A stretch of 64,000 nt of DNA from Octopus sinensis (GCF_006345805.1 NC_043000.1:119970001-120034000); one strand, 5' to 3'; counted from the first letter of the stretch, positions 25,441 to 37,813 are shown. The notes: generated by a model not told the origin, from the letters alone. Translations and numbers: made by a program.

Positions 25441-25700
25441 ACAAAACTTTTTCAGTGTGACAACCAAAAGTCTACTCCAGCAAATTCTTTATTAGCTTCG
25501 TAGTTGGAGCCTGTGTGTATACTTGGTTCAGGATTTATATTATTGTGAGTGGTTTGAGGTGGTGACTGGTTGAGTTGATAAATAAAAACGTGAGTCTTGG
25601 CTGCGTGAAGAACTAACTGACAACACCCATGAACATGTCGCAGAAAATTTTATTGCTCTGCACAGAGTTAAACTGTGTTGGTCTTTTACAAATGAATAAT

Positions 25701-26640
25701 AATAAGAGCACTCAGAGAACACAAACCTCCACCAAGCAAACACCAATGTCCTCTCAATGATTAGCCAGAGAGGATTTTTAGAATGAGAATATCTGAAATA
25801 AACTGGACTGCTCTCACAAATGAGAATACTAAGAATGAACCTGACCACTCTCAAATGGAAAAATAATCCAAATATATATATATATGTTGAGTTAGGAAGG
25901 GCATCCAGCTGTAGAAGCTCTGCCAGATCAAGATTGGAGCCTGGTGCAACCATCTGGTTTGCCAGCCCTCAGTCAAAATCGTCCAACCCATGCTAGCATG
26001 GAAAGCGGACATTAAACGATGATGATGATGATGATGGTGAGTGAGCAGTGAAGGGAGAGGAGATGAAATACTAATACAGTGAAGGAGGAGTAGTGAGAGT
26101 AATAGGCTTGACTGAGAGAGAGTGAGAGAAAGTAATGACAATGAGAAATATGAAACGAAGTGGCAAAGATAGTGTGATATGAATGAGATAGGAAGGGGTG
26201 ATAGATTAATAACGAAGGAAGGAGAGAAAAAGCCAATAAACAGCATTAAAAGTGTGAGTATATGTGTGTGTAAAAGAGAGGTATGTTTGCATGTGTGCGT
26301 GTGTATATATATATATATATACAATGGAAATGGGATGGTAATATTCAGTGCTGAAAATGTTTGAGTATATGTGTTTATGTGTGTGCGTGTACAAGAAAAC
26401 TATGTGAAACTTTACATACACATGTAAAGTAAAAAAAAAAAATTGGAAAAATAATCCAGAATCCTTGTCCGGTACCGGATTGATCCCAAACTCTAATGAG
26501 ATCATGCCAGTCACAAGGCCGAGCATTCCTGAAAGTTTCATCCAAATCCATCCAGCAGTTCTTGAGATATCTTGTTCACGGACAAACAAACAAATGTGAC
26601 TGAAAACAATACCTCTGCCTTCGCTAAGGTGGAGGTAATA
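25701..26640 (+). mobile_element. Helentron-associated (HINE/DINE-1-like) element, interrupted at 25871-26443
   Basis: 5' subterminal acctccacc (25725-25733) is the reverse complement of ggtggaggt in the 3' hairpin acctctgcctt-cgct-aaggtggaggt (26611-26636). An (AAAC)n tract precedes the hairpin. Confidence 0.6.
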
Positions 26641-26832
26641 ATAATTACACACTGGGAGAAATATACTGTTTGGAGTTTATGGCAAGCTTTCTGATACAAC
26701 ATGCAGATGACCCAACTTTACTTGAAGCAGTTGTATTATATTCGTGGGGAGAATGGCGACACATCATGCAACTGCCTCAACATTCTGAAATTACTGCTAA
26801 AAATGGCCTTTTTATAGGGGACACATAGAAGA

Positions 26833-27251
26833 TTTACTCTTACTCTTTTTACTCTTTTACTTGTTTCAGTCATTTGACTGTGGCCATGCTGGAGCACCGC
26901 CTTTAGTCAAACAAATCGACTCCAGGAATTATTCTTTGTAAGCCTAGTACTTATTCTATCAGTCTCTTTTACCGAACCACTAAGTTACAGGAATGTAAAC
27001 ACGCCAGCATCGGTTGTCAAGCGATGTTGGGGGGGACAAACACAGACACACAAACATATACACACACATGCATATATATACATATATACGACGGGCTTCT
27101 TTCAATTTCCGTCTACCAAATCCGCTCACAAGGCTTTGGTTGGCTCGAGGCTATAGTAGAAGGCGCTTGCCCAAAGTGCCATGCAGTGGGACTGAACCTG
27201 GAACCATGTGGTTCGTAAGCAAGCTACTTACCACACAGCTATTCCTGTGCC
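26833..27251 (-). mobile_element. SINE family A, full length
   Basis: Family match. Confidence 0.9.
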
Positions 27252-28085
27252 TATTCTAGAAGATTGAATCTAGAGTCTAGAAGACTGAATCACATGATAG
27301 CTTGACACTGATTGGTTACTTAATTGACTGATCATGTGAAACTACTGTGGTTTGGTTGTGATGCATGACCAGTTACTTAGTAGTTTGGCTTCGAATGACT
27401 AACAGCTTGCTCTACGTTAATGATGGGATGGGTATGATTAGAACTACTGCTGATTGAACACATCGTTTGATTGGCTGTGTCTGTGTCATAAGGCTTTCTC
27501 AACTACAACAAAAGAGTTACGGCCATTAGAACTAGATGCAAGACTCTGTGTGTGTGTGCATGTACACATATATACTCTCTGGTTCTCTCCATATATAAAT
27601 ACATTTTTCATGTATATATACATACATAAATGTGTGTATGTATGTGTGTAGGTATGTATGTATTATTTGCCGCACTGATTATGTTATATGAATAACTGAA
27701 CGTATCAAATACTTCTAGTGAACCATCACAGTTTTCTGACAATTGTTCCTGTGCGGTTGTTGAATTTGTTTTTATATTCCAACATTTTTAGGGGGGGAAA
27801 AAAATATTGATAAATCAATGAGTTTTTTTTTTCTTCTTCTTCCTCTTCTTCTCCTTTCTATTTCTGTTACCTAGGAATTCTACTCCATCACTCACTTTGA
27901 TAAATATCCTTCAAAGAGAGAAAGAGAGATAGGTGGGATGGTTGGGTAGCATTGTAGTGTTCTGACTAAAATACTGGAATGCTGACCCAAGTTTATAAAT
28001 TTAGACTGAAGCAGGGCATATTTTGTTAATTCACTTAAACGGGGGAGGAAAAAAAATTCCTCTATTGACAAATTAATTTTATTGA

Positions 28086-28633
28086 TTTACTCTCTTTTTA
28101 CTCTTTTACTTGTTTCAGTCATTTGACTGTGGCCATGCTGGAGCACCACCTTTAGTTGAGCAAATCGACCCCGGGACTTATTCTTTGTAAGCCCAGTACT
28201 TATTCTATCGGTCTCTTTTTGCCGAACCGCTAAGTGACGGGGATGTAAACACACCAGCTTTCTGATACAACATGCAGATGACCCAACTTTACTTGAAGCA
28301 GTTGTATTATATTCGTGGGGAGAATGGCGACACATCATGCAACTGCCTCAACATTCTGAAATTACTGCTAAAAATGGCCTTTTTATAGGGGACACATAGA
28401 AGATTTACTCTTTACTCTATAAGTGATTGTCAAGCAATGCTAGGGGGACAAACACAGACACACAAACATATACACACACATATATATATATACATATATA
28501 CGACGGGCTTCTTTCAGTTTCCGTCTACCAAATCCACTCTCAAGGCATTGATCGGCCCGGGGCTATAGCAGAAGATACTTGCCCAAGATGCCACGCAGTG
28601 GGACTGAACCCGGAACCATGTGGTTGGTAAGTA
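28086..28633 (-). mobile_element. SINE family A carrying a ~160-bp foreign insert (28256-28418)
   Basis: Family sequence stops at acaccagc and resumes at ttgtcaagc; the insert copies 26685-26846. Confidence 0.88.
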
Positions 28634-29089
28634 AGCTATTTACCACACAGCCAACACTTTGGATTTTAAGTTTGAGTGGATGGTGTGTTGTGACATTCAT
28701 ACCCTTTCCATTGGTTGTCAAGATACAGGTGAAATAAAATAGTTTCACCTGGGAGTTGGAAACGAGTTTGAATATACAGATTTCTGGAGTTTTATTTATA
28801 TTTATATGTGGATGTGTTGTTAAGAAGCTTGCTTCCTCACCATGTGGTCTTGGGTTCCATCTCACTGTGTGGCACCTTGGACAGATCAAGGCCTGGGGAG
28901 TGGATTTTGGTAGACAGAAGCCTGCCATGTGAGTATATGTGTGCATATGTGTGTGTATATATATATGTGTGCTCAGCCACTTGCATTTTAATTCCACAAC
29001 GAAGCTGTTCCATTGATCTCATTAGCTGGAACCCTTGTAACTGATGGAGTGTCTGTTTATATATATGTTTGTGTGTGTATATATATATA

Positions 29090-29283
29090 TAGGACGCCAT
29101 GATAGATCGTTAGCTACTACACGCATTTTTTTCTCTCCTTGTTTTTTCTGTGTATCTTTCTGTCGAAGAGCGTAGGCTCAAAACGTAAAAGACTTTTTCT
29201 ATTCCTGAGCACTATACTAATACATTTGTTTGTTTGTACTCCACCTGTTTTCGTCTTTTGTTTATTTTCATAAACTTTCCCTT

Positions 29284-29285
<2 letters not shown>
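29090..29285 (+). mobile_element. Short unclassified repeat between (TA)n tracts with a hammerhead-like motif at 29155-29192
   Basis: tcttt|CTGTCGA|a|gagc-gtag-gctc|AAAA|cg|TA|aaaga: all three helices present, core has two deviations. Confidence 0.5.
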
Positions 29286-29322
<37 letters not shown>

Positions 29323-29387
29323 TTGAAAAGGTAAACAAATGACTTCACAGGTCATTTTCTAATAATACAATATAATTTAATTTTACA

Positions 29388-29606
29388 GTTTAGTTTGTGG
29401 ATCTAGCAAGTCCTTCGTTAACTTCAGAGGGGGAATTTTATAAAGATACCTTGTTAACTTTTCTGGAGAATTTCCTCGCATTTGTCGGTGGCAGTTGTCA
29501 AACTCATCTTGAATGCGAGAAAGTTCTCCAGAAAAGTTAACAAGGAATCTCTATAGAATCTCCCCTCTGAAGTTAACAAAGAACTTAATAGATCTACAAA
29601 CCAAAC
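29388..29606. repeat. Long imperfect inverted repeat (95-bp arms, 29-bp spacer), MITE/foldback-like
   Basis: gtttagtttgtggatct...ttaacttcagaggggga...ttgttaacttttctggagaa..tcgcatt mirrored by aatgcga..ttctccagaaaagttaacaa...tcccctctgaagttaa...agatctacaaaccaaac. Confidence 0.88.
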
Positions 29607-29676
29607 TGCTGGTGCCCCAGCTTCGCCAGTTTCTAAATGACTGAAACAAGTAAAAAATAAAGATAAATAAGCAAGC

Positions 29677-30073
29677 AGGAATGGCTGTGTGGTAAGAAGC
29701 TTGCTTCCAAACCACATGGTTCCATGTTCAGTCCCATTGCATGGCACCTTGGGCAAGTGACTTCTACTATAGCCTCAGGCTGACCAAAGCCTTGTGAGTG
29801 TATTTGGTTGACAGAAACTGAAAAAAGCCCATTGTATACACACGCACACACACTTATGTATATGTTTGTGTGTCTGTGTTTGTCCTCCCACCATCGCTTG
29901 ACAACCGATGTTGGTGTGTTTATGTCCCCATAACTTAGTGGTTCAGCAAAAGCGACCAATAGAGAAAGTACTAGGCTTATAAAGAATAAGACCTGGGGAC
30001 GATTTGTTTGACTAAAGGCGGTACTCCAGCATGGCCACAGTCAAAATGACCGAATTAAGTAAAAGAGTAAAAG
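29677..30073 (+). mobile_element. SINE family A, full length
   Basis: Family match, sense orientation. Confidence 0.9.
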
Positions 30074-30489
30074 GATGTCACACCGTTATCATTTTAACAT
30101 CCTCCTTTCCATGCTTGCATGGGTTGGATAAAATTTACTGAGGCAGATTTTCTATAGCCTGATGCCCTTCCTCTAACCAAAACCTCACCTGTCTCCATAT
30201 AAGGTAATATTTGGCCAGACATATTTTTGCAGAAAATTGAAAATGAATGACAATGCTTGTGTGAAAATAGTTCTAACTTATTACTATCACATGACCTCAA
30301 GACTAGGAGATATAGACATATGCATACACACAAATACACATAAGAGACTTCTTACAGTTTCCATTTATCAAATTTGCTCTAAGTTGCCCAAGGTTACACA
30401 TGGTAGGATTGAACTTGAAACCACGATGCTACAAAGCAAACTTCTTAACCACACAGCCATGCCTGTACCTATTCCGACCTGTGACTGTT

Positions 30490-30880
30490 ATATCTTTTAT
30501 CTTTTACTTGTTTCGGTCATTAGTCTGTGGCCATGCTGGGGCACTGCCTTGAAGAATTTCTAGCCAATTAAATCGACCCCAGTAATTATTCTTTTCTAAG
30601 CGTGGTACTTCTGCAATTGCTCCACTTTTGCTGAACTGCTAAGTTATGGGGATGCAAACACACCAACACCAGTTGTCAAGCAGTCGTGAGGGACACAGAC
30701 ATAAAGACACACACGCACACACATGATGGTCTTCTTTCAGTTTCCATCTACCAAATCCACTCACAAGGCTTTGGTCAGCCTGAAACTATAGTAGAAGACA
30801 TTTGCCCAAGGTGCCACGCAGTGGAACTGAACCGGGAACCATGAGGTTGGGGAGCAAGCTTCTTACCACGCAGTCACGTC
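30490..30880 (-). mobile_element. SINE family A, older copy
   Basis: Family match with more substitutions. Confidence 0.85.
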
Positions 30881-31489
30881 TGCAGCTATATATAAAACCT
30901 GTTGGTTATGGTTGGTATGTCTTTGATCTGTTCATAGGTCTGCTCAGTTGGGTGTTGATTTTAAATAACAACAGTACTAAGAAAATGAAAATTAAAATGG
31001 GGCCCTGTAGCAGGGGCACATATTCTGGGCATGCTAGGTGAGCGCTGCACACCCATCAAAAATGGCTAATTCATTATGAACATTAACCTTCCCCATTAAT
31101 TTAATGACAAATCTTAATGGAAAACTCTTATATTCCTGCTTGAAATTTAATGGTATTGGGTGTGGCACACACCCAGGACAAGAACCACCATACCCGACTA
31201 CTCTGTACAACACTGAGCTCTCTCAAAGTGTTGGAACTAACTCCTTTGAGTTATCTGGAGTACTGATAACCTCACCTAATAACCACTGTAATAAAGTTTT
31301 TGGGGGTTTTTTTTTTCCCTTATTGAATTAGAAATATTTAAAATAAATATTCAACCAATGTAATTTGCAAGTCACTACACGTATTTGTCGTATTTGTCAT
31401 ATCACACACACAAACGCTTGATAGCTCGAGAGTATTCCACAGAGTTATGTTTGCAGATCTAATATATTGTAATTCTTCACTGACATGAT

Positions 31490-32030
31490 CACCGCCTCCA
31501 CCACCACTAGCACAGTGGCCATGTTCTTCACCATCACTGCTGTCACCATCAATCTCACCATGTTCTACCCCACCACCACCACTAGCACAGTGGCCACGTT
31601 CTTTGCCATCACTGCTGTTACCATCACACCCACCACGTTCTACACCACCACCACTACCACCACCACTAGCACAGTGGCCACGTTCTTCACCACCACCACT
31701 ACTACCACAGCGGCTATGTTCTTCGCCATCACCGCTGTCACCATCACGCCCACCACCACCACCACTAGCACAGTGGCTACGTTCTTCGCCACTACCACCA
31801 CTAGCACAGTGGCCATGTTCTTCGCCATCACCGCTGTCACCATCACGCCCACCACCAGCACAGTGGCCACGTTCTTCACCACCACCACCACCACCACTAG
31901 CACAGTGGCCACATTCTTCGCTGCCACCACCACCACCACTAGCACAGCGACCACGTTCTTCGCCATTACCGCTGTCACCATCATGCCCACCACGTTCTAC
32001 ATCACCACCACTACCACCACCACCCACTGA
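31490..32030. repeat. Modular (CAC)-rich minisatellite
   Basis: About 8 copies of accactagcacagtggcca.gttcttc alternating with gccatcac.gctgtcaccatca. Confidence 0.9.
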
Positions 32031-33107
32031 AACAATTTGCCAAACTAATGGTTCAGATAGCCAATCAATAGCTTCCACGCCCTCCCCCGCCCCACCCCCC
32101 ACTTTCCTCCTATTTCGCTTTTCAGTCTGCCTAAATGTTTATTTAGAACTTCGGGATTACATCTGTGCAAGTTTATTCATGACACAAGTTCCTGATGCTT
32201 TTGTGTGGTTTAGAGAAAATCCACAGGGAGAACTGTCAAGGGAAAAACCATTTGTTTATTTTATTTTCATCCAATCAGCTGGGCCGAAAATATATCTGCG
32301 GAGTTGATTGATCATCTAATTATATAGTATTGGACAGCTTTACTCTGTATTACCAATAATGTTCTGGTTTCAGATTTACTTTTGATAATGTTTTTTTTTC
32401 TTTCTTCTTTTTATGTCTTCTTTTTGTTTAGCTATTATTATTATTATTATTGTTGTTGTTATTATTATTATTATTATTATTATTTTGTAGCTTTTCCTTG
32501 TCCTTCTACCACCGCCCCACCTCCCCGCCTCTTAGGTTTCTTTTGTCTAATAATTTTCTAATGATTCTTCAGAGTGAGTCATGTGGTTTCTACTTTAGAT
32601 TATGAAATCCTGTTTAACCATTCCCTTTGAAGCCCTCTTTGGAATAGTGATATAGGAAAAAACAACAACAACTACAAAAAAAACAAGCAAAAACAACAAA
32701 AAGCAAAGAAAAAATGTAAAAAAGTACCCAAAGTAAAGCCCTGCTGCAGGCTTGAACTCGGAATTGTAAGGTTATGGAACACACATCAGTTTTACAGTGT
32801 TCCCAGTTGCTTCGTCATTTGCCAATGTAAGGAAATCATTTCAAACTGCCCTTCTTTCCATCAGTGTGCCGCAAAACCTTGTGGTTGTCTAGATAAGCAT
32901 ATTTGTTAAGTATTGAGTGGAGCGTCTTGAGCATAAACTCTGTGAACCTCATGCTGACCCTGGAGGACATATGTCTACTGAACACTGTGTGTCTTACATG
33001 CAAAACTCGCTTACTGTTTGTGACAGAATATGAACTGTTGAATATAAATCCTCCTCATTTTGGTGTTCACTTTTCCATGCTTGTATTGGTTGGATAGAAT
33101 TAGGTGA

Positions 33108-33525
33108 TGCGACGAGCTGGCAGAAACGTTAGCATACCGGGTGAAATGCTTAGAGGTATTTTGTCTGCCGTTACATTCTGAGTTCAAATTCTGCCGAGGT
33201 CGACTTTGCCTTTCATCCTTTCGGGGTCGATTAAGTAAGTACCAGTTATGCACTGGGGTCGATATAATCAACTTAATCCGTCTGTCTGTGCTTGTTTGTC
33301 CTCTCTGTGTTTAGCCCCTTGTGTGTAGTAAAGAAATAGGTATTTCGTCTGTCGTTATGTTCTAAGTTCAAATTTCGCCGAGGTCGACTTTGTCTTTCAT
33401 CCTTTCGGGGTCGATAAATTAAGCACCAGTTATGCACTGTGGTTGATGTAATCGACTTAATCCCTTTGTCTGTCCTTGTTTGTCACCTCTATGTTTAGCC
33501 CCTTTGTGGGCAATAAAGAAATAAG
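33108..33525 (+). mobile_element. SINE family B with tandemly duplicated 3' block
   Basis: gcgacgagctggcagaaacgttagc...; the block gtatttcgtctg...agcccc..aaagaaata occurs twice. Confidence 0.9.
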
Positions 33526-33661
33526 AAATAGTTGAAGTGGATTTTCTGTGACAGGATGCCCTTCCTGTCACCAACTCCCCTCTGTGACTAGACATCCCAT
33601 AGGATATTGTACCATGACAGAGATAGTAGCACACACACACACACACATCTATTTTTCTCTC

Positions 33662-33711
<50 letters not shown>

Positions 33712-33874
33712 ATTGTCTCATCATTTAACTTCTGTTCTCCATGCTGGCATAGATGTCTGTTTTGCCATGGTTTCTAATTAATTGCTGGATGCCCTTCCTA
33801 ATGCCAACCACTTTACAGACCTTGCATCCACATTTTAAATTTCTTCTCTAGTTCTAGTAGTGATTAAGCAATAA

Positions 33875-34170
33875 AAACAAGGTTATCGGCGGAGAGGAGC
33901 TTCTAAAGGCAGCCAATCTTAAATTCCTCTGTTATGAACTGGAGCACTTTGATAAACAAGAGGGGGCTGAGAACCAGTCCCTGCTGAACTCCTACTTCTA
34001 CACCAAATTCCTTGTTATACTCATTGTTGGCCTTCACCTTACTGACAGTATCCTTGTGGTTTGTACAGCTCTCACCAACCACCCACCTATCTCCAGCTTC
34101 CATATTGCCCACCAGATAAAGGGGTTGGGGACCCTGTCTAAGGCTTTCTCCGCATCAGTGGAAGCCAAAA
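33875..34170 (-). mobile_element. RTE-clade reverse transcriptase fragment
   Basis: DAEKALDRVP (cf. DLEKAFDRVP) and FGVEVGVQQGLVLSPLLFIKVLQFITEEFKIGC (cf. VGVHQGSVLSPLLF). Confidence 0.88.
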
Positions 34171-34450
34171 GTCAAAACCAGAGGTTTAATTTTGGCTAAG
34201 TACCTACTCTGCAGTTGCCTCACCAGGAAGATAGTATCTGCAGTGCTTTTTCCAACCGACTTCTTTTCAGTTTCCCTCTGTCAACTCCATTCACAAGGTT
34301 TTGATCAGCTTGGGGCTATAGTAAAAGACACTTGTTCAAGGTGCCACCCAGTGGGACTGAACTTGAAATCTTGTGGTTGGGAAGCAAACTTCTTACCACA
34401 CAGCCATACCTTCTTAGTTGTAGATGTTTTACTTCATTATCTCCACTTGA

Positions 34451-34671
34451 CCCTTTCGTTACCAACCCGCCTGAAACTGGCCCCTGGTTCTGAGTACAAA
34501 TGTCTTGTTTCCATAAGTTTTGAATTAAAATCTTCCACCAAACCTTAGTAACAATTTATGTTCCTAACACTAGCTGAATGATAACTAAGTTCTTTTACTA
34601 AATTCTTTTTTATATTTAAAGTAATTGAAAGAAACAGAGAGCATCTCAAAATAAATACAGTAACGAAAGGG
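34451..34671. mobile_element. piggyBac-type MITE, 221 bp
   Basis: TIR ccctttcgttac ... gtaacgaaaggg, flanked by ttga and ttaa (TTAA target); second copy at 48828-49048. Confidence 0.85.
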
Positions 34672-34758
34672 TTAAATATGTTTATTTTACCCTAGTCTCT
34701 TTTCTTTCTCTGTTCATGTGTCTTATTTCACTCATCTATATTAATAATGATGATGATG

Positions 34759-35450
34759 ATCATCATCGTTTAATGTCCGCTTTCCATGCTAGCATTGGTT
34801 GGACGATTTGACTGAGGACTGGGAAACCAGATGGCTGCACCAGGCTCCAATCTGATCTGGCAGAGTTTCTACAGCTGGATGCCCTTCCTAACACCAACCA
34901 CTCCGAGAGTGTAGTGGGTGCTTTTACGTACTACCAGTATGAGGGCCAGTCAGGTGGTACTGGCAGTGGCCACATTCAAATGGTGTTTTTTACATGCCAC
35001 CTGCACAGGAGCCAGTCCAGCAGCACTAGCAACAACCTTGCTGAAATGTTTTTCCTCATACCACTGATACAAGTGCCAGTAAGGTGATGCTGGTAATGAT
35101 CATGCTTGAATGGTGCTCTTCGTACTCCACTGGCACGGATGTCAGTCATCGAATTTGATTTCGATTTTGATTTCATTTGCCTCAACAGGTCTTTGCAAGC
35201 AAAATTTAGTGTCCAGTGAAGGAAAGTATGTATAAGTGGGCTGGTTACACCCCTGGCATAAACCATGGGTCTCACTTGGCTTGCTGGCCTTCTCAAGCAC
35301 AGCATATTTCCAAAGGTCTTGGTCATTATTCATTGCCTTGGTGAGGCCTAATGTTCGAAGGTTGTGCTTCACCACCTCATCCCAGGTCTTCCTGGGTCTA
35401 CCTCTTCCACAGGTTCCCTCAACCGCTAGGATGTGGCACTTTTTCACACA
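34759..35450 (-). mobile_element. 5'-truncated RTE LINE: ORF C-terminus, 3' UTR with tandem repeats, (GAT)n tail
   Basis: ORF 35142-35447 VEGTCGRGRPRKTWDEVVKHNLRTLGLTKAMNNDQDLWKYAV runs contiguously into the ubiquitous ggaagggcatccagctgtagaaac tail. Confidence 0.9.
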
Positions 35451-36069
35451 GCTAATGATGATAATAATGATAATAATAATAATAATAATGATATTGTTTT
35501 GTCTCAGTATAAAAGATGGGCTACAGCAAATATTCTGCTCAATAAGTACTAGGCTTACAAAGAATAAGTCCTGGGGTCGAATTGCTCGACTAAAGGCAGT
35601 GCTCCAGCATGGCCGCAGTCAAATGACTGAAACAAGTAAAAGAGTAATCTTTGTTAGTAAACAGCTGTGGATGTTGCTCTGTTACTCTTTTTACACTATC
35701 ATTGTTCAGTGCTTTTTTGTTTCATTTCTTCATTCAGTTTAAATGCTTATCTCTATTGTCAGAGTAGACATATACATACATTGTCAGAAGCAAAAGTAGA
35801 TATGACAGAAAGATAAATAAGTAAACACATAGATGGGTTTGGGGGGGGGGGCTGTCGGTCGGTAGGTAGGTAGGTTGGTCTGTAGATATAAAGATAGATT
35901 TATTAAGCGATAGACAGGCAGGCAGATAAATAGATAGATGGATATATAGATAGATAGATAGAAAGAAAGATAGATAGAGAGAGAGGTGGGGAGAGAGAGT
36001 TGAACTGAAATGAAATGAAAAGAGAAGATAATATTCTTGATTGGTAAATAATTTGGATTGAGCCTTGCT

Positions 36070-36520
36070 ACTGATAAGTGTAGTAGTGGTGATGGTGGTG
36101 GTGGTGATGATGGGGGTGGTGATGATGGTGAAGATGGTGGTGATGATGATGTTGGTGGTGATGGTGGTGATGGGGATGGTGATGATAATGGGGATGATGG
36201 TGGTGGTGATGGTGGCAGTGATGGGGATGGTGGTGATTGTGGTGATGGGGATGGTGGTGATGATGATGGGGATGGTGTTGGTGATGGGGATGGTGATGAT
36301 GGTGGTGGTGGTGGTGATGGTGATGATGGTGGTGATGTTGGTGGTGATGATGTTGGTGGTGATGATGGTGGTGGTGGTGATGATGGTGATGGCGATGATA
36401 ATGGGGGTGGTGGTGGTGATGATGATGGTGGTGGTGGCAGTGATGGGGATGGTGGTGATTGTGGTGGTGATGGGGATGGTGATGGTGGCAGTGATGGTGA
36501 TGGTGTTGATGGTAGTCAGT
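36070..36520. repeat. (GAT)/(GGT)n low-complexity tract
   Basis: ggtgatggtggtgatgat runs; G/D and V/M ORFs are artefacts. Confidence 0.92.
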
Positions 36521-36695
36521 GGAGATATCAGTTAATGGTGGTGACAGTGATGGTTTGACAGTGAACGATGTAATTTTTTTTTAATGTTTAAAAAAATTTT
36601 TTTTTTATTTCATTTTATATCGCTTTATCACTTAATGCATGCACATTAATGCAATTAATTATCATCTGCTCAATTGAAACACATTTGTTTATAAG

Positions 36696-36751
36696 ATGCG
36701 GACAATGATAGGCAATGTCAGCGAACAAGAGAATCAATGATAACGTTCAAG
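36696..36751 (+). CDS. Possible internal exon (xADNDRQCQRTRESMITFK), unconfirmed
   Basis: tttgtttataag| acceptor, AAG|gtacag donor, single open frame. Confidence 0.2.
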
Positions 36752-36769
36752 GTACAGCATTTTTATTTC

Positions 36770-37138
36770 TCTTCTACTCTTTTACTTGTTTCAGTCATTT
36801 GACTGCGGCCATGCTGGAGCACCACCTTTCAGTCGAGCAAATCGACCCCAGGACTTATTCTTTGGAAGCCTAGTACTTATTCTATCGGTCTCTTGCCGAA
36901 CTGCTAAGTTACAGGGACGTAAACACACCAGCTTTGGTTGTCAAGCGATGTTGGGGAGACAAACACAGACACACAAACATATACACACACACATACATAT
37001 ATACCAAATCCACTCACAAGGCTTTAGTTGGCCTGAGGCTATAGTAGAAGGTACTTGCCCAAGGTGCCACGCAGTGGGAAGGAACCTGGAACCATGTGGT
37101 TGGTAAGCAAGCTACTTACCACACAGCCACTCCTGCTC
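36770..37138 (-). mobile_element. SINE family A
   Basis: Family match. Confidence 0.9.
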
Positions 37139-37424
37139 CTTATTTATTCATTTTTTTTTTTTCAAAGAGCCATATTAAGATTTGTCTAAAATTTACCAAA
37201 GAATAACATTACAGAATAATATTATAGATGTCTTCAATTTTGTTCCTTAGTTAAGATTAGTTCCTTCTTGATATAAAGTGAAGAATAATAGATAACGACT
37301 TCTTGAAGTAGAAGACATAAGATTATAGTTCCCGGAGATGTTGTTTCTTGACAGTGCACCTTCAGTACCACCTATGTGGACTTGTATACCATCTCACGAA
37401 TCATATGCTTCAGAAAAATAAGCA

Positions 37425-37813
37425 TAGGCGTAGGATTGGCTGTGTGGTAACTTGCTTACCAACCACATGGTTCCGGGTTCAATCCCACTGTGTGGCAATT
37501 TGGGCAAGTGTCTTCTACTATAGCCTCGGGCCGACCAAAGCCTTGTGAGTGGATTTGGTAGACGGAAACTGAAAGAAGATCGTCGTATATATGTATATAT
37601 ATGTCTGTGTGTCTGTCTCCCCAACATCGCTTGACAATCGATGCTGGTGTGTTTATGTACCCGTAATTTAGTGGTTCGGCAAAAGAGATTGATAGAATAA
37701 TTACTAGGCTTACAAAGAATAAGTCCTGGGGTCGATTTGCTCGAGTAAAGGTGGTGCTCCAGCATGGCCACAGTCAGATGACTTAAACAAGTAAAAGAGT
37801 AAAAAAAAAAGAG
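37425..37813 (+). mobile_element. SINE family A
   Basis: Family match, inverted relative to both neighbours. Confidence 0.9.

Noticed and set aside
30938-31037. Possible 100-nt + strand exon (GLLSWVLILNN...)
   Set aside because: Weak acceptor, no homology, and not frame-preserving; insufficient support.
36058-36558. Gly/Asp-rich 166-aa ORF resembling a biomineralisation protein
   Set aside because: Pure (GAT/GGT)n repeat flanked by (GATA)n; a second frame is equally open; no signal peptide or splice context.
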